Source: an uncultured delta proteobacterium (GTDB taxonomy: Bacteria > Desulfobacterota > Desulfobacteria > Desulfobacterales > QNYZ01). From it: a stretch of DNA of 64,000 nt. Shown one piece after another: positions 1 through 8,799 of this stretch (within the stretch, counting starts at the first letter, position 1; every line of letters begins with the position of its first letter). The DNA is taken from positions 160,001 to 224,000 of the forward strand of contig CAWJQU010000002.1 in NCBI GenBank assembly GCA_963845145.1, in the 5' to 3' direction. The notes beneath the pieces are model-generated. The model did not search any database, was not told where the DNA came from, and saw only the letters and a program-made list of their open reading frames with translations. The position numbers and the translations under genes were made by a program.

Positions 1-444
1 GGATCGCATGGCGTCCACATACGAGGCCAGATCGTCAGATTGCTCCATGTAAAAAATATGCGTGGGCTGCACAACAATTTGGTTGAACCCTTCTTCCCGA
101 AGTTCGCCGAAAGTGGAGATGATATTTTTCACATAAAGGACTTCTTTGGGGATGCCCATATCAAGCCATTTTTGGGCGTCGGCCTGCCGTTTTTTCCAAA
201 CGCTCCGAATAATATTGGATGTAAACGTTATTTTAACCGGAATACCGGGATAGGCGGCTTTAATTTCGTCGTGAATGTTGATAATCGATTTGACGGCTTC
301 GGGCACGGTTGTCCCAAAACTGGCCAGTATAATAGCCGGCTTGGGGTCTGCTACTTTTCCACCGCTACCGGCATGAATGGTGACAGGTGAAACGCAAAAA
401 ACGGCGCTAAATACAACAAGTAACAATGCTATTTTTTTTATCAT
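1..444 (-). CDS. cbiK: Sirohydrochlorin cobaltochelatase CbiK, periplasmic type (5' part; runs off the window start; absent from ORF track)
   Basis: Manual translation from ATG at 444: MIKKIALLLVVFSAVFCVSPVTIHA (signal peptide) ...PAIILASFGTTVPEA...FTSNIIR...VVQPTHIFYMEQ, CbiK motifs; preceded by a cobalamin riboswitch. Confidence 0.88.
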   Translation of the reverse strand, partial: MIKKIALLLVVFSAVFCVSPVTIHAGSGGKVADPKPAIILASFGTTVPEAVKSIINIHDEIKAAYPGIPVKITFTSNIIRSVWKKRQADAQKWLDMGIPKEVLYVKNIISTFGELREEGFNQIVVQPTHIFYMEQSDDLASYVDAMRS

Positions 445-588
445 TTGGTAATCCTTTGTTTTAGATTGAAAATGAGTCCAAAAAGTAGATCAAGCATAGT
501 CATGTTACCAGTCAAGTGATTGTATCCATAGCCAATATCCTCCTTTCTCCTTGTGGTTTGATTCCCACATGGAGGCATCGGAAGCCCT

Positions 589-629
589 AAAAACAAAAAA
601 ACCCTTCGTGCATATTGCACGAAGGGTTG
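589..629 (-). terminator. Intrinsic terminator in the cbiK leader, probably the riboswitch expression platform
   Basis: Stem AACCCTTCGTGCA/TGCACGAAGGGTT followed on the minus strand by a T-rich tail; lies between the aptamer and the cbiK start. Confidence 0.7.
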
Positions 630-760
630 CACCCTGTTTCTTAGCCCTTCCGATAGCGCGCCATAGTGGTTTTCCATCGCAACGTATGGCAACAAGCGTT
701 TTTGGAACGCCACCCGATTAAGCAACCAGGTATGGCGATTCCAAAAGACTTGGCAACACT

Positions 761-935
761 CCGGAAAGGTCTTCTGACTCTCGGATCATCCTACTAACCG
801 CGCCTTCCCAGCCCATTATACTGGACCAGTGACTCGATGCGGTGTTCGTCCCCGATTACAGCGGCGGGACCGTCCCCGATTCTAACGGGATTCCCTTTTC
901 CGAAGTTCCCCTTAAGTTGAATTATCTTTTTCCGG
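761..935 (-). ncRNA. Cobalamin (B12) riboswitch
   Basis: Minus strand reads AAAGGGAAtcccGTtagAATCgggGacgGtccCgccgCTGTAA...cACTG...GGGAAGgc...gAGtCAGAAGACCT (B12 box), closed by CCGGAAA/TTTCCGG; upstream of cbiK. Confidence 0.92.
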
Positions 936-1198
936 TTGTCAATAACTATTTATTTATAAGTTGAGCGGTTTTTTTGGAAGGTATGTGCCAATATAGGGTA
1001 GGCCGTCACGGACGCCCCAACGTCGTCGAACGCATGACAAATGGGTTAGAAAAAACAGAATATTGCTCACTCGAACAGAGGATATTGGAATCCCGGACAG
1101 GTAAAGTTAAAAATATTTCTGGTAAAATCATATTATATGTTGACACGCCAAATTGGATTCTGATAAATTTTATACCTTTGTATGGGCAATAAAAACGC

Positions 1199-1475
1199 AT
1201 GCGATTCGATTATAAAAAAAATCGGGTCTGGGCTGAAAATTTATCCATTGTCATGCAGTTGGGCCTCACGATGGCCGGCTGCATTGTACTTTGTTTTTTT
1301 ATCGGCCGATTCTTGGATCAACTGGTTGGGGACAAAAGGTATTTTTATTACCATTTTTACCCTTTTCGGTGTTATCGGTGGCGCCAATGTCGCTTACCGG
1401 CAAATTATTGAATTAACGACCGATCCGGGTAAAACAAAAAAACCGACTGATCGTGATATTGATGGAAGAGATTAA
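1199..1475 (+). CDS. AtpZ/AtpI-type (ATPase gene 1) small membrane protein, frameshifted near 1320
   Basis: MRFDYKK...QLGLTMAGCIVLCFFIGRFLD (ORF 1199) continues as WLGTKGIFITIFTLFGVIGG (ORF 1182 frame); G..LD.WLG motif; first gene of the atp cluster. Confidence 0.78.
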
Positions 1476-1845
1476 AGAGACACAAAAAAAATATGGTAGC
1501 CGGGCAATGTTCGTGGCAATCGTGGTCGCGATGGCCCTGATCGTTATCGGTGAAAAAGCCGCCGGAAAAGGGCTCGTCTTGGGCGCGCTTTTCAGCGTTA
1601 TCAATTTTGTGCTCATGGGCCAAACCATTCCCCAGGCTTTGGGACGGGGCAAGCGGGCCTCCATACTCATCTCACTGGCATCGCTTGTCTTACGATATGC
1701 AATCCTGGCCATTCCCTTGATTGCGGCGATTAAATTCGATCAGGTTAGTCTGATTACCGTCATCATCGGCCTCTTTGCGATTCAGCTGGTGATTCTCTGG
1801 GATCATATCCACCTTTCATTGACACAAAAACACGCATCCTCATAA
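1453..1845 (+). CDS. atpI: ATP synthase subunit I
   Basis: 130 aa with four hydrophobic segments, GLVLGALFSVINF and LRY motifs, directly before atpB. Confidence 0.8.
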   Translation: MILMEEIKETQKKYGSRAMFVAIVVAMALIVIGEKAAGKGLVLGALFSVINFVLMGQTIPQALGRGKRASILISLASLVLRYAILAIPLIAAIKFDQVSLITVIIGLFAIQLVILWDHIHLSLTQKHASS

Positions 1846-1852
1846 GGCCAAT

Positions 1853-2527
1853 ATGGGCGAACTCGGTAAAATACATCAACTGCTTATTCCCATCGGGGAT
1901 TACCGCATCACCTTAAATCTTGAAGTCATCCTCATGACCTGGATCGTTATCGCGATCCTGCTGCTCTTCGGGTATCTGACAAGCCGCAACCGAGGCCGCG
2001 TGCCGCGACCGTTCCAGGTTGTCGGTGAACTTTTTGTGGCTCAATTTTATGGACTGACCGAAGATGCGCTCGATAAGAAAATGGCGAGAACTTACGGACC
2101 GCTGATTTGTGCGCTGTTTTTGTTTATGCTTTTGTCCAACTGGCTCGGAATCATCCCCCATCTTGAAGAGCCCACCAAGGATCTGAACACGCCGCTGAGC
2201 CTGGGCCTCATGGGTTTTATCATCGCCCACTATGCGGGAATCAAATCCAAGGGCTTCAAGGCCTATGCCAATGAGTATTTTCAGCCCATGTTTTTCATGA
2301 TGCCCCTGAATGTGATCGGTGAGTTGGCCAAAATCGTGTCGATCTCCTTTCGGCTTTTCGGAAATATCATGGGCGGCTCCATCATCATCCTGGTGGTGTC
2401 CCACTTGACCTACAGCATCGTATTGCCACCGTTGCTCAATGCATTTTTCGGACTATTTGTGGGTACGATTCAGGCCTTTGTGTTTACCATGCTGACGGTC
2501 GTCTATATTTCGGTGCAGGTAAAATAA
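1853..2527 (+). CDS. atpB: F0 ATP synthase subunit a
   Basis: SNWLGIIP, PTKDLN, SISFRLFGNIMGG (essential Arg), IQAFVFTMLT. Confidence 0.96.
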   Translation: MGELGKIHQLLIPIGDYRITLNLEVILMTWIVIAILLLFGYLTSRNRGRVPRPFQVVGELFVAQFYGLTEDALDKKMARTYGPLICALFLFMLLSNWLGIIPHLEEPTKDLNTPLSLGLMGFIIAHYAGIKSKGFKAYANEYFQPMFFMMPLNVIGELAKIVSISFRLFGNIMGGSIIILVVSHLTYSIVLPPLLNAFFGLFVGTIQAFVFTMLTVVYISVQVK

Positions 2528-2530
2528 ATC

Positions 2531-3505
2531 ATGTCCTGGGATACACAAACATTAATTCATTTGGCCGCCTATACCGGTGGCGGGATTGCCATGGGTTTGG
2601 GTGCCATGGGTGCCGCAATCGGCGAAGGGTACACAGCCGCCCAGGCTAACCTGGCGGTGTCGCGCAACCCGGCAATTTCCGGCGACCTGTTCAAAAACAT
2701 GCTCGTCGGTCAAGCGGTGGCTGAATCGGCCTCTATTTTCGCTCTGGTCATTGCGATTCTGTTACTGTTTCTGGATAGCGGTAGCGGCGGATTGATTACC
2801 GCCACCGCGTTGTTGGGGGCCGGGCTCTGCATTGGTTTCGGTGCCATTGGATCCGGAATTGGTTCCGGTTTTCCGGGCGGTCAGGCCTGTCTGGGTATCG
2901 CCCGTCAACCAGCGGTAACATCGCGTATCACCACCAACATGCTTATCGGATCGGCGGTCTGTCAAACCCCGGCCATTTTTTCCATGGTGGTGGCTTTGAT
3001 GTTAATCTTTATGGATTTCAGCCAATCAGCCTTTTATCCAGGATGGGCAGCCTTGATTGGCGCCGGCCTCAGTACCGGCCTGGCGGCCATTGGCTCCGGA
3101 TACGGGGGAGGAATGGCGGCGGGTGCCTGCTGCGAAGGAATCGCCCGTCAGCCGGAATCGGTAGGCAATGCGACCACAACGATGTTGGTGGGTCAGGCCG
3201 TATCGCAGACGCCATCAATTTTCGGCCTGCTGGTGAGCTTTATTTTAATGTTTAAAACCTTTCCCGAATCCCCGGCCCTAAGTGCATCCATGGCTTTATT
3301 GGGGGCTGGTATCAGCATGGGATTCGGTGGAATCGGACCGGGAATCGGTAATGGCATGGCGGCCGAAGGCGCCGTGCGTTGGGTGTCGCGAAATTTAGAG
3401 CATGCTGGTGATATGATGCGGATCATGCTGGTGGGCCAGGCAGTTTCCCAATCTACGGCCATCTATGCCATGGTGATCAGCTTGGTACTTATCTTTGTGG
3501 TTTAA
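2531..3505 (+). CDS. atpE: Fused four-hairpin F0 subunit c (tetra-c); ion-binding Glu only in hairpin 1
   Basis: Four c repeats, each with a Gly-rich helix and RNP/RQP/RQP/RNL loop; second helices read VAESAS, VCQTPA, VSQTPS, VSQSTA; uninterrupted 324-aa ORF. Confidence 0.92.
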   Translation: MSWDTQTLIHLAAYTGGGIAMGLGAMGAAIGEGYTAAQANLAVSRNPAISGDLFKNMLVGQAVAESASIFALVIAILLLFLDSGSGGLITATALLGAGLCIGFGAIGSGIGSGFPGGQACLGIARQPAVTSRITTNMLIGSAVCQTPAIFSMVVALMLIFMDFSQSAFYPGWAALIGAGLSTGLAAIGSGYGGGMAAGACCEGIARQPESVGNATTTMLVGQAVSQTPSIFGLLVSFILMFKTFPESPALSASMALLGAGISMGFGGIGPGIGNGMAAEGAVRWVSRNLEHAGDMMRIMLVGQAVSQSTAIYAMVISLVLIFVV

Positions 3506-3528
3506 TTTGAATTAAAGGAGACGATATT

Positions 3529-3777
3529 ATGGCAATCGAAGGTGCAGACTTGGTAAAAGCTGCCGCGTTTTTAGGTGCAGGATTATCCATGGGCCTGGGC
3601 GCTATCGGACCCGGCGTTGGTGAAGGCATGGTCGCGGCGAAAGCCTGCGAGGCAATCGGCAAGAATCCCAAGGAAGCCGGTCTGTTGACACGAACCATGT
3701 TGGTGGGTCAGGCCGTATCCGAATCGACCGGAATCTACTCCTTGGTTATCGCCCTGTTGCTGTTATTCGTGGTTTAA
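3529..3777 (+). CDS. atpE: F0 subunit c, single hairpin, Na+-type signature
   Basis: GPGVGEG...KNP...VGQAVSESTGIY, with P, E, E-S-T and Y at Na+-site positions; RBS AAAGGAGA. Confidence 0.95.
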   Translation: MAIEGADLVKAAAFLGAGLSMGLGAIGPGVGEGMVAAKACEAIGKNPKEAGLLTRTMLVGQAVSESTGIYSLVIALLLLFVV

Positions 3778-3798
3778 CATTTAAGCGGGTAAAGCCAC

Positions 3799-4251
3799 AT
3801 GGAGATTATCACTACCATAGCGCTCATAACCATTAATGAGACGATGGTCGTTCAGGCGATCTCTTTTCTGATTTTTCTATTTATCTTGAATCGAGTGATG
3901 ATCGCCCCCTTGCGTGCGGCCATAGACGACAGAACCAATTATATTGAAAAAGCACGGACAGAGACCCTTGCGGCCAAACAGAAATTGGATGACCTGACCG
4001 ATCAAATCTCGAATCAGGAAAGGTCCGCTAAAAATGAGGCTTTTGAAGTGAGCCGCAAAACGGAGGCGGCGGGAGGAAAAGCGGCCGCCGACATCATTTC
4101 AGAAACCCGTGAAATCATCTCTGCCCAAAGGAAAAAAGCCCAGCGGGAAATGGATGATCAGATTGCGGCCGCCAGGCAGTCCATTCAAAACGAGGCGGAA
4201 ATGTTGTCTACCAAGGTCATGGAGAAAATCTTAAGTCGGGAGTTGGGATAA
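3799..4251 (+). CDS. atpF: F0 subunit b'
   Basis: N-terminal TM (VQAISFLIFLFILNRVMIAPL..IDDR) plus coiled coil. Confidence 0.88.
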   Translation: MEIITTIALITINETMVVQAISFLIFLFILNRVMIAPLRAAIDDRTNYIEKARTETLAAKQKLDDLTDQISNQERSAKNEAFEVSRKTEAAGGKAAADIISETREIISAQRKKAQREMDDQIAAARQSIQNEAEMLSTKVMEKILSRELG

Positions 4252-4850
4252 TGACGACCGCTCAATGTCTACATTTGGGCCGGACTTTGGTTTGCCGGTG
4301 GCTGCCCTGCACTCTCATTACCTTTTACCTGTTGGTCGACCCTGCCTTTGCCGCTGAAGAAACGTCAGCTTGGCGATCCACCTACGATGAGGTGATGCGA
4401 TGGGTTAATTTCGCCATTTTTGTTCTGGTCATCGTTAAATATGCCCGCAAACCTCTGGTCGACTTTCTAAACGGCCGGAAAGAAGAAGTGTCCGAAGAGA
4501 TCGAGCAGGTGGAATCCCAAAAACGCCAGGCCGAAGAGGCGGTTGAAAAAGTCGCTGCACAACTTGACCAAAGCAGCCTGCGATTGGAAGAAATCAAGGC
4601 TCGGATTGTGAACCAGGGTGAAAATCGCAAAGCCCAGATTATCGCCGACGCTCAGGCCGAAAGCGAAATAATACTCACAGCGTCCAAAGGGAAGATCAAG
4701 GGACAAATCGCCAATGCCCGCCATCGCCTGCGCGCCGAAATGATCGATAAAGCCATCGAACTGGCCTTAAAACGCCTGCCGCAAGAAATAACGGCTTCGG
4801 ACAGCGCTCAAATGGTCAACGACTACCTGAAACAGGCTTTGCCCGAATAG
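4251..4850 (+). CDS. atpF: F0 subunit b
   Basis: RWVNFAIFVLVIVKYARKPLVDFLNGRKEE plus coiled coil; signal-like N-terminal extension (PAFAAEE) as in deltaproteobacterial b. Confidence 0.88.
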   Translation: MTTAQCLHLGRTLVCRWLPCTLITFYLLVDPAFAAEETSAWRSTYDEVMRWVNFAIFVLVIVKYARKPLVDFLNGRKEEVSEEIEQVESQKRQAEEAVEKVAAQLDQSSLRLEEIKARIVNQGENRKAQIIADAQAESEIILTASKGKIKGQIANARHRLRAEMIDKAIELALKRLPQEITASDSAQMVNDYLKQALPE

Positions 4851-4855
4851 CGTCT

Positions 4856-6505
4856 TCAGCCACCCAACCGATCCAATCCACTCTTTAAGGATACCCATGG
4901 AACCGCTACAGCTGCGGTCACCATACCCGCAATGGAAGCACCCATCAGCCATTGATCCCCAGCGGAAAGGCTAAAACCGGTCATCCAGGCCCGCACGAGT
5001 CGATACGTTGGAAAACTTCCCAGTGCAATCACAACCAGGGTAACGCTCATGGCGGTGAATAAAAAGGCAATGGCGCCGACACCACCCAAAGCTGCGGCGC
5101 GATTTTCAGTTTTAAAATCTGCGTACCGCGCACCATATCCCAGGGCCGTTCCCACGACGCTCCAAGTTATCAGTAACCCGGTGAAAAGTGAAATCCACCA
5201 CATGGGGCCATCGATCTCCAACAGATGATTCCCCGCCAGCAACAGAATAAGCATGATCAAAGTGAAGGGAATGACGTAGAAAAGGTATTTGTATAGAAGA
5301 TACCGACTCAAAGAGAGCGGTGAGGTGCGCAACACGTTGAAGGCCTCTTGTTCCATACTGATTGCCGGATAGACAAAACGCGCGCATAGCGACACCACCA
5401 AAAATCCGGCCAGGGCGATATTGGCGTACCCGATAATATTGGCTAAATGCACCGTGGACATTGGCGCCCGGTCAAGGGGCAGCACTTTAAAATTATAAAG
5501 ATAAACGAGGACCAATGCGCCGATCATGAACAATTGGGACCATTCCGAGGCGTCGCGCAAGAAAACCTTGGCCTCCTTGCGAAAGAACCACCCCATGCCG
5601 GATCTGCGATAAACGCGGGGTTTAAAGGTCCGCAACCCACCGAAAGATTCCTGGGCCTTAGAATAACCCTTGAAAAATAACCGCTTCATCAACACTTCGC
5701 CAAAAAAGAAGATCACCAGGGGCGTCAAACAAAACAACGCCACCAGCAGCCAATCAATCTCTTTAAATTGCAGGTAGGCGCTCAGCGATTGGGCTGCCCA
5801 ACCGGCCGGAAACAGCGGGGCTGTTGGTGTCGACAGGGCGGAAAGATACTCGATAAAATCGGGAAAACGATCCGGATCGGCAAGTTCTTCGGGTCTCAAC
5901 AACCGAATGAACAGATAAAGCAGGATGCCCCCCAATAAAGACAAATAGACGACGATATCCCGTGTGCGTCGGACCGGAAACAAATTCACCAAAACGAGCA
6001 TTGCCGCCAGGGCCACGCCCGTAGCGAGTGCAGCGGTGGCCACCAAGGTTAAGAGCATCAACGGCCAATAGGCCCAGCCTGCGCCAAAGACATACCCATA
6101 CGCACCGAAAACCGGAATGGAAAAAACAATCACCATCCAGGATGTATAAAGAAAAGTCGTCACATAGCGCATAAAATAGAGCTGATCCGGGCGAATGGGG
6201 GCCGCAAAGACAATTTCATTATCCCGCGATAGAAAAAGGGTCGAAATACCTGAGACCATGCCGGAAAAGATCAGCAGGGCGAAAATGATCATCCAGGCCA
6301 TTTCAAATATTTTAAGGCTGAGAATAATACCCAGCTCGTTCTGACTGTGAAAATAGCCGATGACCCGAATGCTGGTGGCATAGATGACGCCAGCGATGAT
6401 GATGCCGAACAAAGCCAGCCCGAAGGTTCGCAACTTGGCGCGGCGATTTCCCCAAAAACGGTTGGCAAAACCACAGCGAAACGGCCATAGTAGGATCCGT
6501 CTCAC
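4856..6505 (-). CDS. Putative ABC exporter permease (multi-TM)
   Basis: 549-aa polytopic membrane protein with KE..VFLRD and PAISME motifs; start overlaps the ABC ATPase stop. Confidence 0.8.
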   Translation of the reverse strand: MRRILLWPFRCGFANRFWGNRRAKLRTFGLALFGIIIAGVIYATSIRVIGYFHSQNELGIILSLKIFEMAWMIIFALLIFSGMVSGISTLFLSRDNEIVFAAPIRPDQLYFMRYVTTFLYTSWMVIVFSIPVFGAYGYVFGAGWAYWPLMLLTLVATAALATGVALAAMLVLVNLFPVRRTRDIVVYLSLLGGILLYLFIRLLRPEELADPDRFPDFIEYLSALSTPTAPLFPAGWAAQSLSAYLQFKEIDWLLVALFCLTPLVIFFFGEVLMKRLFFKGYSKAQESFGGLRTFKPRVYRRSGMGWFFRKEAKVFLRDASEWSQLFMIGALVLVYLYNFKVLPLDRAPMSTVHLANIIGYANIALAGFLVVSLCARFVYPAISMEQEAFNVLRTSPLSLSRYLLYKYLFYVIPFTLIMLILLLAGNHLLEIDGPMWWISLFTGLLITWSVVGTALGYGARYADFKTENRAAALGGVGAIAFLFTAMSVTLVVIALGSFPTYRLVRAWMTGFSLSAGDQWLMGASIAGMVTAAVAVPWVSLKSGLDRLGG

Positions 6506-7314
6506 TTTTTTCCCTTTAATGCCCCAACAATCTCTTGCATTTCCCAGGCACCGGTGAGGGTGAGAAAGATCTCTTCCAAATCCAAAGCCCTATCCCCATC
6601 CGAGCCCATATTCAAAGTAGGGTCCGACCCCTTGCCGACCGCTTTTCGCCTTAAGGCCGCCATATCTCCGACGGTGAGCAACCGGCCATCCAAAATAATA
6701 CCGATGCGGTCACAGAGCTCTTCGGCAATCTCCAGCGAGTGGGTCGAAAGAAAAATGGTGATGCCGTTGTCAGCCAGATGTTTGAAAAGTTCTTTGACGA
6801 TGCGCGCGCTTTTGGGATCCAGCCCGACCATGGGCTCGTCCACCACGATCAGCGGCGTTTCGAGCATGAGCATGGAAGTCATGACCAGCTTTTGACGCAT
6901 CCCGTGGGAGAAACCTTCAATCAGGTGGTGGCGCCAATCTGATAGATCAAACAGGGATAGATACTTCTCGGTTTGGCGGTCGAAAGCGTCCGGCGGCAAG
7001 CGATACATATTGGCGATGAATTGCAAATACTCCCAGGCCGTGAGCTTTTCATATAGCCAGGGACGATCGGCAATATAACCGGTGTTTTGTTTGCACACCA
7101 GGGGCTCTTTGGCCAGGTCGCGACCCGTAATGAGAATGCGTCCCACATCCGGCTTGAGCAGGCCGGCCACCATCTTGATCGTCGTGGTTTTCCCGGCGCC
7201 GTTGGGACCGAGAAATCCGAATATTTCGCCTTTTTCCACCACTAGACTGATATCATCAACGGCCGTAAAATTGCCGAACCGTTTGGTCAACCCCTCGATT
7301 TTTAGCGCTTCCAT
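6502..7314 (-). CDS. ABC transporter ATP-binding protein
   Basis: GPNGAGKTT, FSHGMRQK, IVVDEP, STH. Confidence 0.95.
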   Translation of the reverse strand: MEALKIEGLTKRFGNFTAVDDISLVVEKGEIFGFLGPNGAGKTTTIKMVAGLLKPDVGRILITGRDLAKEPLVCKQNTGYIADRPWLYEKLTAWEYLQFIANMYRLPPDAFDRQTEKYLSLFDLSDWRHHLIEGFSHGMRQKLVMTSMLMLETPLIVVDEPMVGLDPKSARIVKELFKHLADNGITIFLSTHSLEIAEELCDRIGIILDGRLLTVGDMAALRRKAVGKGSDPTLNMGSDGDRALDLEEIFLTLTGAWEMQEIVGALKGKK

Positions 7315-7325
7315 TGCGTCTCTTT

Positions 7326-8774
7326 TTATTCCATGATTTCTATTTTTAGTTTTCCCAAAACAGCACCGATGCGCAACTGGCCTTCCAAATCCCCATGTAC
7401 CAGACGAATATGGGTTAAATCCGCCGGAATCTGATTTTTAGTCGTATCCAGGCTCAGCCACCGGCCGTCAATGCAGACCTCATTCCAGGCGTGGTAGTAA
7501 AACCGTCCTTGATGAAGCGTTACGCCGGCGGCAATGCGGGTGGGAATTCCCCGGCTGCGGGCCAGGGCGGCAAATAAAGCGGCATGCTCATTACAATCAC
7601 CCTTGCGGTTTTTCAGGGTCGACAAAGCGTCGGGCAGGCCGATTACCGGCCGTTTGTCGATATTGTCATATACCCAAGCCGCCAGAGCCCCAACGATTTC
7701 AATCGTATGTGGGCTATTAAGACCGATCCGACGCCCCTGGTCCACGATATCCTCATGATCGGCCTGAACATAACGGCTCGATGCGACCGCCTCAGGATTA
7801 TCGCAATCAACATTACCGGACGAGCCGGGGGTTGCTTCCGACATGTCTTCGCGTGAGACGCGCAGCACACCGTTCTCGAAATGCTGCCGCCCCCCATTCA
7901 AATCGAGGGACACATCCGCCGGAACGTCCAAACGGTAATCGATTTTTTCCGGTGTCTCTTCGGCCGGCAGTCGGCCCGCATACGGCACGGCGACGGCACG
8001 GAGCAATTCCTGGCCGCCCTCTTCGATATCCGTCGCTTTGAACTCCGGTTCGGCTAAAAACACGAATCCGGCCGGGGATTCCTCTTTAATCACTTTCCCT
8101 TTGTCGTCTAACCAGAAATTAACCCGAACGCCTGAAAACCGGGATTCAAAGTGGTGCAGGCGATAGATCTTTTTATTGATCAACAGTTTTTCCTTGCCCA
8201 TGTAGGTCACCAGGTTTTCCCGGCTGCTAAGGGTCAATGGATCAAAATAAGGTATCTTAATCTTTTGCCCCGGCTCGGGGGCCGGGTTCAACAGATAATC
8301 CCGTTGATTGGTGCTGATAAAAGGGGCATCCGCCAAAGGAATGGTTTCCTTGCGCGCATCACCACCGGTGTCCGTTAATAGATGCAGGGTATTGCCCTCA
8401 ACTGTCCCTTTTGAATCCATGGAATAAAAAGGAGATCGAAAAGTAAAGGAAAAAGTCTGTAACTGCTGCCGGGGGTCGAGATCGGCGGTTAAGTGCATGT
8501 CTATCTGGCGGGTTTGGTTAAGTACATTGAGGCGCAACAACGCCCGCTGGACCAATGTATACGCGCCCTCCCCTTTGGGTTGAATCCGATTTTCAACATA
8601 TCCGATCCGCTGGTCCTTAAACCAGACACCATAAAAACTTTCTTCTCTAGCCTTGGCCAGTGCCGAGGAGACATCGGTGTCGAGGGTTGGGATGAATACA
8701 TTGCGGGCGACCAGAAAAGATAAAAGGCCGATCCAGACAAGGACAACAACGAGGCGTAATTTCATAGTAATCAA
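7326..8774 (-). CDS. Membrane-anchored transglutaminase-like protein
   Basis: N-terminal TM; catalytic-triad motifs GDCNEHA, YHAWNE, WLSLDTT. Confidence 0.88.
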   Translation of the reverse strand: MITMKLRLVVVLVWIGLLSFLVARNVFIPTLDTDVSSALAKAREESFYGVWFKDQRIGYVENRIQPKGEGAYTLVQRALLRLNVLNQTRQIDMHLTADLDPRQQLQTFSFTFRSPFYSMDSKGTVEGNTLHLLTDTGGDARKETIPLADAPFISTNQRDYLLNPAPEPGQKIKIPYFDPLTLSSRENLVTYMGKEKLLINKKIYRLHHFESRFSGVRVNFWLDDKGKVIKEESPAGFVFLAEPEFKATDIEEGGQELLRAVAVPYAGRLPAEETPEKIDYRLDVPADVSLDLNGGRQHFENGVLRVSREDMSEATPGSSGNVDCDNPEAVASSRYVQADHEDIVDQGRRIGLNSPHTIEIVGALAAWVYDNIDKRPVIGLPDALSTLKNRKGDCNEHAALFAALARSRGIPTRIAAGVTLHQGRFYYHAWNEVCIDGRWLSLDTTKNQIPADLTHIRLVHGDLEGQLRIGAVLGKLKIEIME

Positions 8775-8799
8775 TAAACCTTAACACCTGTCGCAGGCA

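Noticed and set aside
40..725. ORFs 40..390 (+) and 441..725 (-)
   Set aside because: The first is antisense to cbiK; the second runs through the riboswitch leader and terminator with no protein-like features
1199..4850. Calling the atp cluster a canonical N-ATPase operon
   Set aside because: N-ATPase operons (atpDCQRBEFAG) include F1 genes; none are here, and there are separate b and b' genes
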